DNA from: Flavobacteriales bacterium
GTDB lineage: Bacteria > Bacteroidota > Bacteroidia > Flavobacteriales_C > GCA-002722245
DNA length: 59,024 bases
Assembly (NCBI GenBank): GCA_045561495.1
Contig: JBJKXR010000004.1
Coordinates: 1-59,024, forward strand
Reading direction: 5' to 3'
The translations under genes were made by a program, and so were the position numbers. The first letter of the stretch is position 1. Each line of letters starts with the position of its first letter. This document shows positions 9,027 to 19,105 of the stretch, piece by piece. The notes beneath the pieces are model-generated. The model worked only from the letters and a program-made list of their open reading frames with translations, had not been told where the DNA came from and searched no databases.

Positions 9027-10877
9027 ATGTCACGAATGACACATGAAATAAAAGATGAGGTAACGATATTATTTGCTGGTGATTCAGGAGATGGTATTCA
9101 GTTAACTGGAGGACAGTTTACGGATACTGCTGCTTTGGTGGGTAATGATATTAGTACTTTTCCCAATTTTCCTGCGGAGATTAGAGCTCCCCAAGGAACA
9201 GTTGCTGGGGTTTCGGGATTTCAGTTGCATTTTGGAAGTATTCAGCTATATACGCCTGGTGATCGAGCGGATGTATTAGTAGTAATGAACGCTGCTGCAT
9301 TAAAATCAAATTTGCAATCTCTTAAAAAGGGAGGGATTGTTATTGCTAATATCGCGGGTTTTGATAAAAAGAATTTACGTCTTGCTAAGTATGAAGATGG
9401 GGTAAACCCTCTAACTGATGGAACTCTAGATGGATATAAAATTCATGAGGTTGATGTTACTAAAATCACTCGTGAAACCTTAAAAGAATCTGGTTTAAGT
9501 AATAAAATTGTAGACCGATCGAAAAATATGTTTGTTCTGGGTTTCCTGTACTGGATGTATAATAGGAAATTAGACAATACGATTAAATTTATTGAATCTA
9601 AGTTTGCGAAAAAGCCGGAATTAATTGAATCGAATATTGCTGTTTTAAAAGCAGGGTATCATTATGGAGACACTGCAGAGGCTATTGCTTCTCGGTTTGA
9701 AGTAAAACCAGCAAATATAAAGCCTGGAACATACAGAAATATAATGGGTAATCAAGCCACCGCTATTGGTCTGATTTCTGCAAGCCAAAAAACTGGGTTG
9801 GAGTTGTTTTGTGGAACGTACCCCATTACCCCAGCCTCTGATATTCTTCACTTTTTATCAAAGTATAAAAATTTTGGTGTAAAAACGTTTCAGGCTGAAG
9901 ATGAGATTGCCGGTATTTGCTCTACCATAGGGGCTGTATTTGGAGGAGCATTGGGAGTGACTACTTCATCAGGTCCAGGAATTGCTTTGAAAGGAGAAGC
10001 CATTGGTTTAGCGGGTATGTTTGAATTGCCGTTAGTTATTATTAATGTTCAGCGGGGAGGTCCTTCTACAGGATTGCCCACTAAAACTGAGCAAGCTGAT
10101 TTATTTCAAGCCATGTATGGAAGAAATGGAGAATCTCCTGTTCCAGTCATTGCTGCACAATCACCAAAGGATTGTTTTGATAGTGCTTTTGAAGCTTGTA
10201 GAATAGCTATTGAACATATGACTCCTGTTTTTTTATTAACGGATGGTTATATTGCTAATGGTTCCGAGCCCTGGGAAGTTCACAAATCAGAGAATTTGCC
10301 AGATATTGAATTTAAATTTGCTCCCTCAAGAAAGGAGGAAGATCCAGCGTTTTTACCATACAAGAGAAATGAAAAACTTGTTCGTCCATGGGCTATCCCT
10401 GGAACAGAGGGCTTAGCACATAGAATTGGTGGTTTGGAAAAAGACTTTGAGACGGGTAATGTTTCTTATGACCCAGATAATCATGAGAAAATGGTTAAGA
10501 CTCGTCAGGAAAAAGTAGATAGAATTGCGGATAATATACCACATCAAATTATAGAAACTGGCGAAGAGTCTGGAGATGTGCTTTTGTATAGCTGGGGGTC
10601 AACTTACGGAGCGGTTAAAACCGCTACAAGGCAATTAATTGAAGAGGGCTTCAAAGTTTCACATGCACATGTTAAATACTTAAATCCGCTTCCAAAAAAC
10701 ACAAAAGATGTTTTGTCAGGTTTTAAACATGTCATCATACCAGAGATGAATAATGGCCAATTTGTCAAAATTATCAGGGACAAATTCTTAATTGATGCTC
10801 AGGGTTTAAATAAAATTAAAGGACTTCCGTTTGCAACCGAAGAAATTGTGGTTAAGGTAAAAGAAGTTTTGGCTTAA
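9027..10877 (+). CDS. korA: 2-oxoglutarate/2-oxoacid:ferredoxin oxidoreductase alpha subunit
   Basis: The tracked ORF starts at GTG 8991; the first ATG is at 9027. ILFAGDSGDGIQLTG and TYPITPASDIL motifs. The beta subunit follows. Confidence 0.88.
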   Translation: MSRMTHEIKDEVTILFAGDSGDGIQLTGGQFTDTAALVGNDISTFPNFPAEIRAPQGTVAGVSGFQLHFGSIQLYTPGDRADVLVVMNAAALKSNLQSLKKGGIVIANIAGFDKKNLRLAKYEDGVNPLTDGTLDGYKIHEVDVTKITRETLKESGLSNKIVDRSKNMFVLGFLYWMYNRKLDNTIKFIESKFAKKPELIESNIAVLKAGYHYGDTAEAIASRFEVKPANIKPGTYRNIMGNQATAIGLISASQKTGLELFCGTYPITPASDILHFLSKYKNFGVKTFQAEDEIAGICSTIGAVFGGALGVTTSSGPGIALKGEAIGLAGMFELPLVIINVQRGGPSTGLPTKTEQADLFQAMYGRNGESPVPVIAAQSPKDCFDSAFEACRIAIEHMTPVFLLTDGYIANGSEPWEVHKSENLPDIEFKFAPSRKEEDPAFLPYKRNEKLVRPWAIPGTEGLAHRIGGLEKDFETGNVSYDPDNHEKMVKTRQEKVDRIADNIPHQIIETGEESGDVLLYSWGSTYGAVKTATRQLIEEGFKVSHAHVKYLNPLPKNTKDVLSGFKHVIIPEMNNGQFVKIIRDKFLIDAQGLNKIKGLPFATEEIVVKVKEVLA

Positions 10878-10887
10878 AAATATTGTG

Positions 10888-11913
10888 ATGACTGATGTTA
10901 AGGAAAAGAAAATAACAGCAAAAGACTATTCGTCGGATCAAGATGTAAAGTGGTGTCCTGGATGTGGTGATTATTCTATCTTGAAGCAGGTTCAAGGAGT
11001 TTGTGCTGAGCTTGAGCTAAATAAGGATAAAACTGTTTTTATTTCAGGAATAGGTTGTTCGTCTCGATTTCCATATTATATGGATACATATGGTATGCAC
11101 AGTATTCATGGAAGAGGGCCAGCATTTGTTTCTGGTTTAAAAGTGGCTCGTCCGGATTTAAATGTCTGGATGGTTACTGGAGACGGGGATGCGCTTTCTA
11201 TCGGCGGTAATCACTTCATTCATTTATTGAGAAGAAATGTTGATGTTAATGTGCTTTTGTTCAATAATCAAATTTACGGTTTAACAAAAGGACAATATTC
11301 GCCCACCTCTGAGAAAGGAAAGGTGACTAAATCGACTCCTTTTGGCTCAATTGACCATCCATTTAATCCATCTTCATTGGCTTTGGGGTCGGACGGGACT
11401 TTTGTGGCTCGAACAATGGATAGGGATCCAAAAAGTATGAGAACTATTTTGCATGAAGCTCAAAAACATAAAGGAACTGCACTTGTTGAGATATATCAAA
11501 ATTGTAACATCTTTAATGATGGAGCATTTTTGCCATTGACGGATAGAACCACAAAACCAGATAATACAATATTTGTTGAGCATGGTGAACCTTTGCTTTT
11601 TGGAGCAAAAAAAGAAAAAGCTATTATTTTAGACGATTTCAAGCCTACAATCGTTAATGTTGACGAAGTTGATGCGTCTCAAATATGGATTCACAACAAA
11701 CATGATCGAGTAAAAGCTTCTATTCTTACAAGATTCTTTGATGATCCAAGAGAAGAAGGAGGGTTGCCTCGGCCATTTGGGATTTTTTATCAAGAGGAAC
11801 GTCATGTTTATGAAAGTGGAGTTCAGATGCAAATTGATAAGCATATTGACGCAAAGGGATTACCTGATTTAGATGCTCTACTTGAAGGGCCCAATACCTG
11901 GAGCATTAAATAA
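10888..11913 (+). CDS. korB: 2-oxoglutarate/2-oxoacid:ferredoxin oxidoreductase beta subunit
   Basis: WCPGCGDYS and the GDGDALSIGGNH TPP-binding motif. ATG at 10888, immediately after GTG 10885. Confidence 0.88.
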   Translation: MTDVKEKKITAKDYSSDQDVKWCPGCGDYSILKQVQGVCAELELNKDKTVFISGIGCSSRFPYYMDTYGMHSIHGRGPAFVSGLKVARPDLNVWMVTGDGDALSIGGNHFIHLLRRNVDVNVLLFNNQIYGLTKGQYSPTSEKGKVTKSTPFGSIDHPFNPSSLALGSDGTFVARTMDRDPKSMRTILHEAQKHKGTALVEIYQNCNIFNDGAFLPLTDRTTKPDNTIFVEHGEPLLFGAKKEKAIILDDFKPTIVNVDEVDASQIWIHNKHDRVKASILTRFFDDPREEGGLPRPFGIFYQEERHVYESGVQMQIDKHIDAKGLPDLDALLEGPNTWSIK

Positions 11914-11935
11914 GAAAATAAATCGTTAAATTATC

Positions 11936-11968
11936 ACCGACTTTTTATGTAATGGTCGGTTTTTTTTG
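11936..11968 (+). terminator. Rho-independent terminator after korB
   Basis: Stem ACCGAC (11936..11941) pairs with GTCGGT (11955..11960), followed by T8. Confidence 0.7.
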
Positions 11969-12014
11969 TTCATAACCTCACCTTCTTATTCGTATATTTA
12001 TGGATAATAGTTTC

Positions 12015-12022
12015 TATTTTTG
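12015..12022 (+). promoter_or_regulatory. Candidate -7 promoter box TATTTTTG upstream of the MMPL operon
   Basis: Exact TAnnTTTG match 18 nt before ATG 12040. Confidence 0.35.
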
Positions 12023-12039
12023 CTGGCTTCACTTTGTTT

Positions 12040-14604
12040 ATGTGGAATAAGATATCTCATACTATTTTAAGGCACCGAATTTGGGTTATAGCTGCTCTAG
12101 TCATTATAACAGGTTTTTTAGCCACAAATTTGAGCTATAATAAGGTTTCCTATGACCTTTCTCGATTGCTTCCAGTTGGAGACTCTACATCTATTGTTTT
12201 TCAAGAATTCAAAGAGACGTTTGGAGTTAACGATAATGTCTACTTAGTTTCAACAGAAGATTCCAGTTTGTTTGAGTTGAGTAAGTTTCAGAACTATTAT
12301 GATTTTTGTCAAAATCTTCAGAAAGAAATTGCAGTAGATAGTGTTTTTTCAGTTGCCAATTTTGGTTATTTAAAATTGGATAAAGAAACGAAAACATTCC
12401 AATTGGAAAAGGCATTTAAGAAACGACCTGAAACTCAGTTGCAAATTGATTCAGCAATTGATTTACTGCACAATCAACCTTTTTATGAGGGTATTTTATA
12501 CTTACCTCAATCCGATATTTCATTGCTTGCAATTGAATTTAATCCAATTTATTTGGCAAAAGAGAACAGGAATGAATATGTGCTCTCAGTTACTCAACAA
12601 ATTGAACAGTTTTCAGAAGAAAATAATCTGAAATTCAATCACTCAGGAATGCCTTTTATCCGAGCAAAATTAAGCTCTCAAGTACGTGATGAAATTCTAT
12701 TATTTATCGGTTTAGCCTTCATTTTAACGGCGTTATTATTGTATTTCTTTTTAAGAGCTCCAAGAGCGGTACTTGTTTCTTTATTGATTGTAAGTGTTGG
12801 AGTGGTTTGGTTATTTGGCTCACTAGGACTTTTACATAGATTAGCAGACAATGGTTACTTTACTAGCTTAAAGTTTAATATTAATATACTCACAAGTTTA
12901 GTTCCTCCACTGGTAATTGTAATAGGTATCCCAAACTGTATTTTTTTAATTAATAAATATTTTGATGAATACAGAGACCACAATAATCAAGCGTTAGCAC
13001 TGAAGCGCGTAATTCAAAAAATTGGAGGTGCAACTTTTATGACAAATATTACAACGGCAAGTGGTTTTGCTACCTTTATTTTTGCCTCAAGTGATATTCT
13101 TAAGGAGTTTGGAATAGTTGCTTCTATAAGCATAATGGGCGTTTTTATACTTTCTATTTTATTATTGCCGATAATATATAGTTACTTATCCCCACCACAC
13201 GAAAAGCACTACAAACATTTGGATTATAGATGGACAAACGCACTCATTGATTGGTTCGTTAATGTTTGTAAAAATTATAGAGGAACCGTTTATGTGGTAA
13301 TGATTTTTATTGCTGGAACAGCTGGATTTGGTTTAAGTCAGTTGGATAATAATGCACTTGTAGTGGACGATATGCCAGAAGATCATCCTGTAATGGTTGA
13401 TTTACAGTATTATGAGTCAAAATTTAATGGAGTTGTTCCCTTTGAAATTATTTTAAGAGCAGGTGTTGGTCAAAAAATAACTTTGAACTCAAAAGATTCT
13501 ATACCAACTTCAGATGTTAAAAATCTTCCCTTTGTGAAATATGTCAATTCTGATAGCACGGGGTCGTACACAATAGTAACTAAAAGAAACGGAGATTATA
13601 TTGGTCAAATACAACAGTTTTGCAAGCAAGAAGGGCTGTCTATCTCTAATATTCATGCCGAGCAAATCAAGGGGAAGGTTCTGAAATTAAGAACCCTTAA
13701 AAAAGTCCAAAAGTTGTATGATTTATTGGATTCATACGATGAGTTTTCAAGGCCAATGTCGATGCTTGATATTCTAAAATATAGCAAGCAAGCACTTTGG
13801 GGAGGAGAGAAACAAGAATTTACGTTGCCCACTAAATTAGAATTGGGTTTTATTAATCAATACGCTTCTCAATCTAAAGACGCGTCCTCTGAAATGCTTG
13901 GGGCATTTATTTCTAAAGATGGAAGTCAATTGAGAATTGGCTTTAAAATGAAAGATGTGGGAACGAATAGGACCAAAAGTCTTATGAAGGAATTGGCCCC
14001 TAAAATTGAAAAGATATTTAAACAAAATAAATTCAGTTATTCCTTTACAGGTATTGGAGTAATTGTAGCCAAAGGTGTTGAAACGTTAATTTCAAATTTA
14101 GTGATGTCTTTATTGTTGACTGTGCTTATTATTTCTACTTTGATGGGATTAATGTTTAAAAACTTTAGGATGGTTTTAATCAGCTTATTGCCGAATATTT
14201 TGCCTTTATTTATAACCGCCGCCATAATGGGGTATTGCGGTATAAACTTAAAACCTTCAACAATTTTAGTATTTAGTATTGCTTTCGGAATATCTATTGA
14301 TGATACGATTCATTTCTTAGTTAAATATCGCCAAGAACTTTCCAGTAATGATGGGGCTATTAAAACATCTGTTATCAATGCCCTAAGAGAAACAGGTTTA
14401 AGTATGTTTTATACATCTGTCGTATTATTTTTTGGTTTTGGAATTTTTATAGCGTCTGAATTTGGTGGAACGGTTGCTCTTGGAGTACTGGTAGCATTAA
14501 CCCTTTTGGTTGCCATGTTATCCAATTTAATTTTATTACCTTGCTTGTTGTTAACGTTGGACAAGCTTATAACAATTAAAGCCGAAAAGGCTGATAAAAA
14601 TTAG
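12040..14604 (+). CDS. MMPL/RND-superfamily exporter with two 6-TM sterol-sensing-like bundles
   Basis: About 854 aa from ATG 12040. Two hydrophobic blocks (approximately residues 215-385 and 690-845) separated by large soluble loops, which is the typical MMPL/HpnN-like layout. Confidence 0.8.
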   Translation: MWNKISHTILRHRIWVIAALVIITGFLATNLSYNKVSYDLSRLLPVGDSTSIVFQEFKETFGVNDNVYLVSTEDSSLFELSKFQNYYDFCQNLQKEIAVDSVFSVANFGYLKLDKETKTFQLEKAFKKRPETQLQIDSAIDLLHNQPFYEGILYLPQSDISLLAIEFNPIYLAKENRNEYVLSVTQQIEQFSEENNLKFNHSGMPFIRAKLSSQVRDEILLFIGLAFILTALLLYFFLRAPRAVLVSLLIVSVGVVWLFGSLGLLHRLADNGYFTSLKFNINILTSLVPPLVIVIGIPNCIFLINKYFDEYRDHNNQALALKRVIQKIGGATFMTNITTASGFATFIFASSDILKEFGIVASISIMGVFILSILLLPIIYSYLSPPHEKHYKHLDYRWTNALIDWFVNVCKNYRGTVYVVMIFIAGTAGFGLSQLDNNALVVDDMPEDHPVMVDLQYYESKFNGVVPFEIILRAGVGQKITLNSKDSIPTSDVKNLPFVKYVNSDSTGSYTIVTKRNGDYIGQIQQFCKQEGLSISNIHAEQIKGKVLKLRTLKKVQKLYDLLDSYDEFSRPMSMLDILKYSKQALWGGEKQEFTLPTKLELGFINQYASQSKDASSEMLGAFISKDGSQLRIGFKMKDVGTNRTKSLMKELAPKIEKIFKQNKFSYSFTGIGVIVAKGVETLISNLVMSLLLTVLIISTLMGLMFKNFRMVLISLLPNILPLFITAAIMGYCGINLKPSTILVFSIAFGISIDDTIHFLVKYRQELSSNDGAIKTSVINALRETGLSMFYTSVVLFFGFGIFIASEFGGTVALGVLVALTLLVAMLSNLILLPCLLLTLDKLITIKAEKADKN

Positions 14605-14608
14605 AAGT

Positions 14609-15471
14609 ATGAAGGGGATTATTCTAGCGGGAGGGTCAGGATCAAGATTACATCCATTAACACTTTCTGTAAGTAAACAATTAATGCCTGTTTACGATAA
14701 ACCAATGATTTATTATCCTTTGTCTACTTTGCTTTTAGCAGGGATTAATGAAATATTAATTATTACTACACCTCATGATCAAGAATCCTTTCAAAAACTA
14801 TTGGGAGATGGCAGTAAGATTGGTTGTAGCTTTGAATACGTTGTTCAACACGAGCCAAATGGTTTAGCTCAAGCCTTTGTTTTAGGAGAAGAATTTATAG
14901 GTGATGATACTGTTGCTTTAGTTTTGGGAGATAATATTTTTTACGGTTCTGGAATGTCAAGTTTATTACAATCTAATAATAATCCTGATGGTGGTGTTGT
15001 TTATGCCTATCATGTTTCGGATCCTGAACGATATGGGGTTGTAGAATTTGATGAATCTATGCAGGCAATATATCTATTGAAGAAAAGCCAGAATTTCCAA
15101 AGTCAAATTATGCTGTTCCTGGATTGTATTTCTACGATAATGATGTTGTAGAAATTGCTAAGAATATTCAGCCATCAATTCGAGGAGAATACGAAATTAC
15201 TGACGTTAACGCAGAGTATTTAAAAAGAGGAAAACTTAAGGTGAGCGTTATGAATAGAGGTACAGCTTGGTTAGATACAGGGACTTTTTCCAGTTTGATG
15301 CAAGCTGGTCAGTACGTTCAGGTAATTGAAGAGAGACAAGGGCTTAAAATTGGTTGTATAGAAGAGGTCGCTTACCGAATGGGGTTTATTAGTAGGGAGC
15401 AATTGTTAGAGTTGGCTATGCCTTTGAAAAAGAGCGGGTATGGAGTTTATATGGAAAATATTGTAAAATGA
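14609..15471 (+). pseudogene. rfbA: Glucose-1-phosphate thymidylyltransferase (rfbA/rmlA), frame-disrupted
   Basis: ORF 14609..15151 ([18 protein letters not shown]...[13 protein letters not shown]) continues in another frame as [30 protein letters not shown]...EITDVN to 15471. Removing 2 nt from the ATATAT run at 15068..15073 restores a colinear RmlA. Confidence 0.8.
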
Positions 15472-16412
15472 TTAGAATTTTAGTTACAGGAGGAGCAGGG
15501 TTTATTGGAAGTGTATTGGTTGAAAAGCTGGTTTCCAATAAGGAAAATTACGTAGTTATCGTGGATGATTTATCTACAGGAAGTCAAGATAAGCTGCCCC
15601 ATCATTTACCAAAGGATAACTGGCGTTTTGTTAAGGCTGATGTAAATGAGTACCGAGATATAGCGGAGATAATGTTAGGGAAAAAATTTGATTATGTTTT
15701 TCATTATGCAGCCCTAGTAGGTGTTCAGAGAACCCAAGAGTATCCTGTAAAGGTGTTAAAAGATATTGAAGGGTTTAAGCATGTTTTGAATCTTTCTAAA
15801 AGTACAGGAGTTAAGCGTGTTTTCTTTTCTTCTTCATCTGAAGTTTATGGGGAGCCAGTTGAATTGCCACAGCATGAGCAAACAACGCCATTAAATTCAA
15901 AAGTTCCATACGCAGTTGTTAAAAATATTGGGGAAGCATTTTTGAGATCTTACAATCAGGAGTTTGGTTTGGATTATACAATATTTCGATTTTTTAATAC
16001 TTATGGACCTAAACAAAGTGATGATTTTGTAATGTCTAAGTTTCTTTATAAAGCATTAAATGGGGAGGATATTACAATATATGGAGACGGTTCTCAAACG
16101 CGGACTTTTTGTTTTTGTGATGACAATGTTGACGCCTGTTTAAAAGCTTTGTACGATAAAAAAATTATTAATGACGTCGTTAATATTGGAGGTGAACATG
16201 AAATAAGAATCATAGACTTGGCTCAAAAAATAATTGACGCAACAAATTCCTCTTCAAAAATTGTCCATTTACCTCCATTAAAAGATGGTGATATGGCAAG
16301 AAGATGCCCGGATAATACAAAAATGAGAGATTTGTTAGGGCGTGATTTAATACCAATTGATGAAGGTATTAAAAAGTTATTAGCAAGCCCTCAATTTAAA
16401 ATAAACAAATAA
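15468..16412 (+). CDS. NAD-dependent epimerase/dehydratase (extended SDR, UDP-sugar decarboxylase/epimerase-like)
   Basis: 314 aa. TGGAGFIGS Rossmann motif and YAVVK (YxxxK). Its ATG overlaps the rfbA stop (ATGA). Confidence 0.85.
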   Translation: MIRILVTGGAGFIGSVLVEKLVSNKENYVVIVDDLSTGSQDKLPHHLPKDNWRFVKADVNEYRDIAEIMLGKKFDYVFHYAALVGVQRTQEYPVKVLKDIEGFKHVLNLSKSTGVKRVFFSSSSEVYGEPVELPQHEQTTPLNSKVPYAVVKNIGEAFLRSYNQEFGLDYTIFRFFNTYGPKQSDDFVMSKFLYKALNGEDITIYGDGSQTRTFCFCDDNVDACLKALYDKKIINDVVNIGGEHEIRIIDLAQKIIDATNSSSKIVHLPPLKDGDMARRCPDNTKMRDLLGRDLIPIDEGIKKLLASPQFKINK

Positions 16413-16417
16413 ACGCC

Positions 16418-17389
16418 TTGGGGATTTTGGAATACCAAGATATTATTTCTCTTGTTCAAGATGAAATAGAACAAACGAGTTACAGAGGACATCCATCTGA
16501 ATTGTATGAACCTATGAATTATATGATTCAGCTTGGGGGAAAACGATTGCGTCCTGTAACGACACTTTTATCAACTCAGTTATTTTCTGGAGAAATTACA
16601 AAAGCCATACCTGCAGCAAAGGCAATAGAAGTTTTTCATAATTTCACGTTAATCCATGATGACATTATGGATAAAGCACCCTTAAGACGAGGAAAAGAAA
16701 CCGTTCACAAAAAATGGAATAACAATATTGCTATTCTTTCGGGTGATACTTTGTTAATTGAGGTGTACAATCATTTTTTAGAAGGCGAATATGAAAACTT
16801 ATCTCAAATATTAAAAGTATTTAATCAAACAGCCATTCACGTTTGTGAAGGTCAGCAATTGGATATGAACTTTGAGACCAGAGAGGATGTAACAATTGAA
16901 GAATATATCAATATGATTCGATTAAAAACCTCTGTATTGGTTGGTGGAGCATTTAAAATAGGAGCTCTGGTAGCTAAAGCAAATGAGTCTGAAGCAGATT
17001 TAATTTATGAATTTGGCGTAAATCTAGGAATAGCGTTTCAATTGCAGGACGATTATTTAGACTGCTTTGGTGATCCTAAAAAATTTGGTAAACAAGTCGG
17101 GGGTGATATTATATCCAATAAAAAAACCTTTATGATGCTGAAAGCTTTAGAAATTGATTCTACAGGAGAATTACAAAGTAGAGTTTCGCAAAAAGTGTTT
17201 AATCCGGAAGAAAAGGTAGAATCCGTAAAGGCTCTGTATAAAAAGTTGAAAGTTGATACTCTTGCTTTTGATCTCATGAATGAATATTACACAAAAGCTA
17301 TTCATAGTTTACATCAAATTGAATCTTTGGAAGATGCTAAAAATAAAATTATTAAGTTCGCTGAAGACTTAATGAAAAGATCTTCTTAA
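16418..17389 (+). CDS. Polyprenyl diphosphate synthase (trans-isoprenyl)
   Basis: 323 aa. First DDxxD motif at LIHDDIMD, second at QLQDDYLD. Only a TTG start is available upstream of the conserved N-terminal region. Confidence 0.88.
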   Translation: MGILEYQDIISLVQDEIEQTSYRGHPSELYEPMNYMIQLGGKRLRPVTTLLSTQLFSGEITKAIPAAKAIEVFHNFTLIHDDIMDKAPLRRGKETVHKKWNNNIAILSGDTLLIEVYNHFLEGEYENLSQILKVFNQTAIHVCEGQQLDMNFETREDVTIEEYINMIRLKTSVLVGGAFKIGALVAKANESEADLIYEFGVNLGIAFQLQDDYLDCFGDPKKFGKQVGGDIISNKKTFMMLKALEIDSTGELQSRVSQKVFNPEEKVESVKALYKKLKVDTLAFDLMNEYYTKAIHSLHQIESLEDAKNKIIKFAEDLMKRSS

Positions 17390-17742
17390 TGACTTTTCTT
17401 GAAATAAACGACAAATCTCTATATCTCAGTCAGGAGCATTATTTTGAAAAATTAAAAAGTCAATTATCAAAAGACATCAATAATGATGATTTTGATTGTC
17501 AATTGAAGCGAATTTCTTTAAATAAAAGCCAACATTTACCAATTTTAGTTCAACGCTTTTTAGAAGAAATCTTTGATAAGCAGCCTAATCTGTTTTATCA
17601 ATCAATGCATCGAATTGATATTCCAGATGCAGACCTTAAAATCCAATTTACTGATTTAGGGAATGATTTTGAATGTTTGGCAGATTTAGTGTTAAGAAGA
17701 GAATTAATTAAAATTCTTATTCGAGAAAAATATTCTGAATAA
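17389..17742 (+). CDS. Hypothetical protein, translationally coupled to the polyprenyl synthase
   Basis: 117-aa ORF. Its ATG overlaps the upstream stop (TAATG). No family recognised. Confidence 0.6.
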   Translation: MTFLEINDKSLYLSQEHYFEKLKSQLSKDINNDDFDCQLKRISLNKSQHLPILVQRFLEEIFDKQPNLFYQSMHRIDIPDADLKIQFTDLGNDFECLADLVLRRELIKILIREKYSE

Positions 17743-17750
17743 TTAACCAG

Positions 17751-19007
17751 TTATTGTTTTTCCTTTGGATAGCTTATTTTATCCAATTCGGCAATTACTC
17801 TTTCTTTTATTTTCGTGTAGGTTTCTAAATTTGCTTCATGTATTGGTTTTGATTTGGGTAGTTTTTGTCTGTACGGATCTACTTGGCGACCATTTTTCCA
17901 AAATCGGTAGCATACATGAGGACCAGTAGCTAAACCTGTTGATCCAACAAAGCCAATAACATCGCCCTGATTTACCTTAACTCCAGGCCGAATGCCCCTT
18001 TTTATTTTGTTCATGTGTAAATATTGAGTGGTATAAACAGAATTATGCCTCACTTTAACATAATTTCCATTGTATCGGTTATATTTTGCATGAGTGATTA
18101 CACCATTAGCTGTAGCATATATTGGTGTCCCTTTTGGAGCCGCATAATCAGTTCCTAAATGGGGTTTGTTTCTTTTTTGTACCGGATGATAACGTCTCAT
18201 TGAAAATCTTGATGAAATTCTTGAGAACTTCACAGGAGCTTTTAAAAATTGACGCCTTAGCCCTCTATTTTCCTGATCATAATATTCTGATTGCCCATTT
18301 TGTGAAAATTGAATTGCATAAAATGGTTTTTTAAAATGTTCAAAATATCCTGCTTTTATTCTTTTTATGCCTATACTTTCACCATCCACAACTATTTCAT
18401 CATAAATCACTTTAAAGCGATCCCCTTTTTGAATGTGGTAAAAGTCAATGCTCCATGCATACACCTCTGATAGAGTTATTGCCAATTCAGGGTTGTAACC
18501 CTGTTTTTCAAGAGATAAGTATAGTGAACTGTTTATAACTCCAGAGGCTTCTTTAGTTACTATTTTAACTGGTTTCTTATCTCTATATATTTTTAAGGAG
18601 TCTCTTAAATCGTATACAATGAAGTTGACTCTATCAATTTCATAAACAAAAATTTGAGCTTTTTCAGTTGAATCTTTTTTTTCGAAAACAGTATAGTGTC
18701 TTCCCGCGCGCAACCTTCTTACATCAAACATTTCTTTTCCTTCTGTTGCCATTTTATTCATCATCGAATAACTTATCCCATGATTAGTGATTAAGTCACT
18801 AAAAAATTGATTCTTTTTTACTTTATCGCCCACGATTTTAAAGGAGTCAACATTAAAGCCATACAGAATTTGAGGTTCTTTGATAATAGTATCTAGTTGA
18901 TCTGGATTATCAATTAATGATTCGCTCTGTTTTGGATTATTACAACCAATAAAGAAAAATGATACCAATAAACTTATAAAAAACAGAAGAGCCTTTGAAT
19001 TTTGCAT
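17751..19007 (-). CDS. M23-family peptidoglycan metallopeptidase-like lipoprotein
   Basis: 418 aa. Signal with Cys (FFFIGCNN). HxxxD motif at PHLGTDYAAP. The expected HxH position reads GPHVCY. Confidence 0.85.
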   Translation of the reverse strand: MQNSKALLFFISLLVSFFFIGCNNPKQSESLIDNPDQLDTIIKEPQILYGFNVDSFKIVGDKVKKNQFFSDLITNHGISYSMMNKMATEGKEMFDVRRLRAGRHYTVFEKKDSTEKAQIFVYEIDRVNFIVYDLRDSLKIYRDKKPVKIVTKEASGVINSSLYLSLEKQGYNPELAITLSEVYAWSIDFYHIQKGDRFKVIYDEIVVDGESIGIKRIKAGYFEHFKKPFYAIQFSQNGQSEYYDQENRGLRRQFLKAPVKFSRISSRFSMRRYHPVQKRNKPHLGTDYAAPKGTPIYATANGVITHAKYNRYNGNYVKVRHNSVYTTQYLHMNKIKRGIRPGVKVNQGDVIGFVGSTGLATGPHVCYRFWKNGRQVDPYRQKLPKSKPIHEANLETYTKIKERVIAELDKISYPKEKQ

Positions 19008-19105
19008 CCTTAAGATTAATTGATAAATAGTTTTTTGGTAAGAGTTAATGTATATATAAATTAATGAGCTTAAGTGTATTATTGCTTTTTGGTTTAAAAT
19101 ATCAA

